NCBI GenBank assembly: GCA_964388175.1
Contig: CAYLYS010000004.1
Coordinates: forward strand, 2,347 to 66,346
Reading direction: 5' to 3'
DNA length: 64,000 bases
Source of the DNA: an uncultured Chromatiales bacterium
GTDB lineage: Bacteria; Pseudomonadota; Gammaproteobacteria; SZUA-140
Within the stretch, counting starts at the first letter, position 1. Each line of letters begins with the position of its first letter. The notes beneath the pieces are model-generated. The model searched no databases and was not told where the DNA came from. It saw only the letters and a list, made by a program, of their open reading frames with translations. Below, one piece after another: positions 59,572-64,000 of the stretch. Both the position numbers and the translations under genes were made by a program.

Positions 59572-60214
59572 TATCGGGCGCCGGATCGATCAGACCCTGC
59601 CGATTGCGCTCTTCCATGCGCTCGATGAGGGGAGAAAGACCGTTCAGGCGCTTTATCTCCGAGGTGAAAGTGCCGCGATAATTCACCACCACGCTGATGC
59701 CGTCGATGATGACGTCGTACACCTTCCACTCGCCGTCATCGTCGCGATGCAGATTGTAATCGACCGCCACCGGCTTGCCGCTGTCCATGGGGATCTCGGT
59801 CTTGACCGTCGTATCGGTGCTGTTGGGCGTCTCGCGGTACGGAAGAAAATTGATCTTCTGATCCGAATACTTGAGCATCGACGAGGCATAGCTGCGGATC
59901 AGCGTGCGCTGGAACGCATCGCGGAAACGCACGCGCTCATCTTCGCTCGCCTGGCGCCAGTGCCTGCCCAGTACCAGCCGCGAAGCGTAGTCGAAATCGA
60001 AATACGGCAGGAGATATTCCTGCACGAAATCATATATTTTCTCCGGATTGCGCTCGAGCTCGGCGCGGCTCTTCTGCAAGGCGTCGATCGCCTGGTTCGC
60101 CGCCTGCTGCACCAGCACCTGCGCATTGTCCTGGGTATCGGTCTGGGTATTGGCTTGGGCACTGGCCTGGCCCGCCCCCCACAACAACAGCATGAACACC
60201 CCGCACGCGCGCAT
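59564..60214 (-). CDS. mlaC: Phospholipid-binding periplasmic protein MlaC
   Basis: Signal peptide and the MlaC/Tgt2 fold signature (...YDFVQEYLLPYFDFDYASRLVLGRHW...). Confidence 0.8.
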   Translation of the reverse strand: MRACGVFMLLLWGAGQASAQANTQTDTQDNAQVLVQQAANQAIDALQKSRAELERNPEKIYDFVQEYLLPYFDFDYASRLVLGRHWRQASEDERVRFRDAFQRTLIRSYASSMLKYSDQKINFLPYRETPNSTDTTVKTEIPMDSGKPVAVDYNLHRDDDGEWKVYDVIIDGISVVVNYRGTFTSEIKRLNGLSPLIERMEERNRQGLIDPAPDNG

Positions 60215-60285
60215 GAACGCCCGTGCGGATGAAGATGTCTGTATTCGCCATGGATGATGAGTCATTATCGGGATGACCTCCGTCT

Positions 60286-60762
60286 CTACTGATCGGAACT
60301 CGCTCCGTCCGCCATGCTGAGCAGGAAGCGGCCGATCAACTGTTCGAGGACCAGGGCGGACTGTGTCAGCTTGATCCGGTCGCCTTGCTTGAGAAAATCA
60401 TCGGCGCCGCCGGGCTCGAGACCGATGTACTGTTCCCCGAGCAGGCCCGAGGTATAAATGCTGGCCGCCGTATCGACCGGGAAGCGATTGAAGGTCGGAT
60501 CGATGACCATATCCACCTGGGCCTCGTACTCATCCTGATCGTAGCGTATCGCCGTCACCCGCCCGACCCGTACGCCGGCCGCGCTCACCGGGGATTGGAC
60601 GCGCAGCCCGCCGATGTTTTCGAAGCGGGCGGTGAGCTGGTAGCCGTCCCGTATCGACACCGCGCCGAAATTGCTCGCCTTCAGCGCCAGCATGAACAAG
60701 GCAGCGATGCCGGCGGCCACAAAGGCGCCGACGATGATCTCGATCGTTCTTTTGCCAATCAT
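60286..60762 (-). CDS. mlaD: MCE-domain protein MlaD
   Basis: N-terminal TM and an MCE domain. 158 aa. Confidence 0.85.
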   Translation of the reverse strand: MIGKRTIEIIVGAFVAAGIAALFMLALKASNFGAVSIRDGYQLTARFENIGGLRVQSPVSAAGVRVGRVTAIRYDQDEYEAQVDMVIDPTFNRFPVDTAASIYTSGLLGEQYIGLEPGGADDFLKQGDRIKLTQSALVLEQLIGRFLLSMADGASSDQ

Positions 60763-60763
60763 A

Positions 60764-61546
60764 TCAGATATCCCCGAACATCAGCGCCGTCAGCACGAAA
60801 TCGAATATCAGCACGGCCAGAGAGGCGTAGACGACTGTGCGCGTAGTCGCCCGGCTGACACCCTCGGTGGTCGGTACTGCATCGTAACCCTCGAAAACCG
60901 CGATCCAGGTCACGACCAGGCCGAACACGATACTCTTTATGATCCCGTTGAGTACATCATCGTTCCAGTCGACGGCGGCCTGCATCTGCGACCAGTAGGC
61001 GCCCGCATCCACCCCGAGCAGCCCGACACCGACGAAATAACCGCCGAGAATGGCCACCGCACTGAAGATCGCCGCGAGCAATGGCAGCGCAATGATCCCC
61101 GCCAGCAGGCGCGGCGCGACGATGCGGCGCACCGGATCGACCGCCATCATTTCCATGCCCGAAAGTTGCTCGGTCGCCTTCATCAGACCGATTTCCGCGG
61201 TCAGCGCCGATCCCGCCCGACCGGCGAAGAGCAGCGCCGCCACCACCGGACCGAGTTCGCGCACCAGCGCCAGCGCGATCACCGGGCCGAGACTGGATTC
61301 GGCGCCGAAATTGACCAGGGTATTGTACATCTGCAGACCGAGCACCATGCCGACGGTCAGGCCCGAGACCGCGATGACCAGCAGCGACAGCACGCCGACC
61401 GAATAGAGCTGCGCCACCAGCAGATGAAACTGGAACGCCAGCGCCGGCATGCCGGCGAACACCCGCAGCGCGAACAGATTGGCGCGCCCGGTGCGCTCGC
61501 AGAAGCCGATGGCAAGCCGGCCGAGAGACTGCAGCAGACCGATCAT
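60764..61546 (-). CDS. mlaE: ABC permease MlaE
   Basis: 260 aa polytopic permease. Operon position. Confidence 0.85.
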   Translation of the reverse strand: MIGLLQSLGRLAIGFCERTGRANLFALRVFAGMPALAFQFHLLVAQLYSVGVLSLLVIAVSGLTVGMVLGLQMYNTLVNFGAESSLGPVIALALVRELGPVVAALLFAGRAGSALTAEIGLMKATEQLSGMEMMAVDPVRRIVAPRLLAGIIALPLLAAIFSAVAILGGYFVGVGLLGVDAGAYWSQMQAAVDWNDDVLNGIIKSIVFGLVVTWIAVFEGYDAVPTTEGVSRATTRTVVYASLAVLIFDFVLTALMFGDI

Positions 61547-62355
61547 GCGAGGAGATCCTCCGCGAGCGGCCGCGCCGGGTAGTGGAACGCCACCGGGCCA
61601 TCGGGCTGCGCCCCCAGGAACTGCTGCACCCAGGGCGACTCGCTGACGGCGAGTTCGCGCGGCGTTCCCTTGCCGATGACCCTGCCGCCGGAAATCAGAT
61701 ACACGTAATCGGAGATCGCCGACACTTCCTGCACGTCGTGCGACACGATGATGCTGGTAAGACCCAGGCTGTCGTTGACCAGGCGGATCAGCTTCATGAT
61801 CACGCCCATGGTGATCGGGTCGAGCCCGGCGAACGGTTCATCGTACATGATCATCATCGGATCGAGGGCGATGGCGCGGGCGAGCGCGACGCGGCGCGCC
61901 ATGCCGCCGGAAAGCTGGGCCGGCATCATGTCACGCGCACCGCGCAGACCGACCGCCTGCAGCTTGAGCAGCACCAGATCGCGGATCATCACCTCGGGCA
62001 GGCGGGTATGCTCGCGCAGCGGATAAGCCACATTGTCGAACACGGTCATGCCGGTGAACAGCGCGCCGCTCTGGAACAGCATGCCGAGGCGCTTGCGCAA
62101 TTCGTAGAGTTTGGCGCGCGACAGCGCGGCGACGTCTTCGCCGTCGACCACCACCGTCCCTTGCTGCGCGCGCAGCTGGCCGCCGATCAGGCGCAGCAGG
62201 GTGGTCTTGCCGGTGCCGCTCGGCCCCATGATCGCGGTCACCTTGCCGCGCATGAAGTCGAAATCGCAGCGGTCGAAAATGACGCGCTCCCCGTAACGAA
62301 AGGAAAGATCGCGGATGACGACGATGTCGTCCTGCTTGCCCATGCCTATGCCCAT
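61543..62355 (-). CDS. mlaF: ABC ATP-binding protein MlaF
   Basis: [32 protein letters not shown] and [11 protein letters not shown]. Nearly collinear with E. coli MlaF. Confidence 0.85.
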   Translation of the reverse strand: MGIGMGKQDDIVVIRDLSFRYGERVIFDRCDFDFMRGKVTAIMGPSGTGKTTLLRLIGGQLRAQQGTVVVDGEDVAALSRAKLYELRKRLGMLFQSGALFTGMTVFDNVAYPLREHTRLPEVMIRDLVLLKLQAVGLRGARDMMPAQLSGGMARRVALARAIALDPMMIMYDEPFAGLDPITMGVIMKLIRLVNDSLGLTSIIVSHDVQEVSAISDYVYLISGGRVIGKGTPRELAVSESPWVQQFLGAQPDGPVAFHYPARPLAEDLLA

Positions 62356-62367
62356 ACCCGCGCCGCC

Positions 62368-63198
62368 CTAGCCGGCCGGCGCCGCGCCGATGCGGCGATG
62401 GGCAAGCACGGGGAAGCTCCTGCGGATGCGCGCCAGATGATCGCGGTCGTATTCGGCGCTGACCAGCCCGGGTCCATGCGCACGGCGGCCGAGCACGACA
62501 CCCCAGGGATCGACGATCATGCTGTCGCCGTAGGTTTCGCGGCCGTTGCCATGCGTCCCGCCCTGCGCAGCGGCGATCACGTAGCACTGGTTCTCGATCG
62601 CCCTCACGCGCACTAGGATTTCCCAGTGCGCCTTGCCGGTGAAGGCGGTGAACGCGGACGGCGCGGCGATCAGCTCCACGCCCTGCTCCAGCATGGCGCG
62701 AAACACCTCGGGGAAACGCAGGTCGTAACACACCGCCAGGCCGAGACGGCCGAAGGGCGTATCCACAACCACGACGCGACCCCCCGGCACCGTGGTATGG
62801 GACTCCAGATAACGCTCGCCGCTCTGCTCCAGCGTCACGTCGAACAGATGGATCTTGTCGTAGCGCGCCACCCGCGCCCCGCGATCATCGTAAAGCAGGC
62901 AGGCGGCATGGGCGCGCTGCGGATCGGCGCAAGCGAGCGGAATCGTGCCGCCGACGATCCATACACCGTACTGCGCCGCCAGCGCCGCCAGTTCTTTCTG
63001 GATCGGGCCGTCGCCATCGTTTTCGCGAATAGCGAGCTTATCCGCCTCCTTCATGCCCATGAACGCGAAGTTTTCCGGCAGAACCACCAGCCCTGCGCCG
63101 GCCGCGGCAGCCTTTCCGACCAGGCGGCGCGCTTCGGCAAGATTGGCGCCCAGATCCGGACCGGAAACCATCTGTACTGCCACGAGTGTGCGATTCAC
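62368..63198 (-). CDS. Carbon-nitrogen hydrolase (nitrilase-superfamily) protein
   Basis: E-K-C triad context (LVVLPENF; KIHLFD; GLAVCYDLRFPE). Confidence 0.8.
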   Translation of the reverse strand: MNRTLVAVQMVSGPDLGANLAEARRLVGKAAAAGAGLVVLPENFAFMGMKEADKLAIRENDGDGPIQKELAALAAQYGVWIVGGTIPLACADPQRAHAACLLYDDRGARVARYDKIHLFDVTLEQSGERYLESHTTVPGGRVVVVDTPFGRLGLAVCYDLRFPEVFRAMLEQGVELIAAPSAFTAFTGKAHWEILVRVRAIENQCYVIAAAQGGTHGNGRETYGDSMIVDPWGVVLGRRAHGPGLVSAEYDRDHLARIRRSFPVLAHRRIGAAPAG

Positions 63199-63243
63199 TG
63201 CAAAATCCTCCCATCGACGCGGCGGACCCGGGTCGGAGCGAAG

Positions 63244-64000
63244 TTACCTTTTACCAGATTGAACGCTGTCTTGTAAGCGCTCGATGACCGGATCGTGCCA
63301 CGGCCCCTTCACCCGGTAATGCATGCGGGTAATGCGTTCTATATTGTTCTTGAACAAACGCTCCATGAGCAGCAGCGCCGCACCGATAGGCGGACCACCC
63401 ACCACCATGCCGGCAATCGGCAGCCCGGAACCGACACTGGGCACGACGACGATGGACTGATCATAGTTTCTGCCGACGAGATCGATATCGCCACGCGCCT
63501 CGATCCGGGCAGCCGGACCGACCATCACCAGGTCATCGGTCGTCGCCAGGCCATCGCGCACGGCAAAACTGCCGGTGATGCGGTCGAAGCTGAAACCCTT
63601 GGCGAAGAAATCGCTGAAATCGAGCGTCAGCCGCCGCGGCAGCGCCTGCAGACTGATCAGACCGAAGATGCGGCCGGCGCCGGGCTCCACTTCGAGCAGA
63701 CGCCCGTTGGTGATGGTGAGATCCATCGACCCATGCAGGCGGGCCAACGCAAAAGCAGTAGGCGGACCGCGCCAGCGCGCAACGATGGTCGATTGTCCCT
63801 TGCCGCCGCCGATCGAATCGGCATAACCGAAACTGCCCAGCGCGCGGCCGAAATCCTCTGCGGCAAATTCGATGCTGAAGGATGAGAACTGTTCCTCGCC
63901 GGCCCTCACCCAATCGCCGCGGGCGTCGATGCGCATGATCGGAGAATGCAGAGAAAGCTGATCGAGCCGAAGGCCCGCGGCCCGCGGCGAGGCACTCAGC
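63244..64000 (-). CDS. C-terminal portion of a YhdP/AsmA-like large envelope protein (partial, continues beyond window)
   Basis: Reading frame open to the window edge. The C-terminal conserved region of the YhdP family (...RITRMHYRVKGPWHDPVI...). Confidence 0.5.
   Translation of the reverse strand, partial: LSASPRAAGLRLDQLSLHSPIMRIDARGDWVRAGEEQFSSFSIEFAAEDFGRALGSFGYADSIGGGKGQSTIVARWRGPPTAFALARLHGSMDLTITNGRLLEVEPGAGRIFGLISLQALPRRLTLDFSDFFAKGFSFDRITGSFAVRDGLATTDDLVMVGPAARIEARGDIDLVGRNYDQSIVVVPSVGSGLPIAGMVVGGPPIGAALLLMERLFKNNIERITRMHYRVKGPWHDPVIERLQDSVQSGKR

Overview
High-GC (about 65-70%) bacterial chromosomal window with gammaproteobacterial-style housekeeping synteny: mlaFEDCB-ibaG-murA, hisGDCBHAFIE-tatABC, trpEGDC, crp, rpsI-rplM. 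Gene calls are by eye from the six-frame ORF track. The many long antisense ORFs typical of high-GC DNA were ignored.

Left to right:
- ccmB (partial) and ccmA, cytochrome c maturation System I.
- A MoxR/DUF58/VWA/BatD aerotolerance-like operon.
- A roughly 15 kb co-directional minus-strand supercluster, described below.
- Two tandem classical porins, an AT-rich spacer and tRNA-Gln(CUG).
- Ribosomal, ubiquinone, polyamine, crp and trp genes.
- A complete Alternative Complex III operon (actA-B1-B2-C-D-E-F).
- nif3, degS-like, tatABC, the his operon, murA, the mla operon, a C-N hydrolase and the C-terminus of a YhdP/AsmA-like protein (partial).

The outstanding feature is the supercluster (23545 down to 8143). 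Its members, in transcription order:
- a tetraheme cytochrome c;
- a SurA-like PPIase;
- a heme-less 587-aa outer-membrane beta-barrel;
- three c7-like triheme cytochromes;
- a cupredoxin-like lipoprotein;
- two NHL beta-propeller lipoproteins;
- a 918-aa undecaheme cytochrome c;
- a dedicated System II cytochrome c maturation pair (resB-ccsA), a TPR protein and a DsbA-like oxidoreductase.

Many of these are linked by ATGA start/stop overlaps. I read this as a candidate extracellular electron-transfer (electron-uptake or metal-oxidation) conduit of a largely uncharacterised type. From memory, it resembles the hypothesised 'undecaheme electron transfer' clusters of cathode- and iron-oxidising Gammaproteobacteria. 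No transposase, integrase or CRISPR array was seen.
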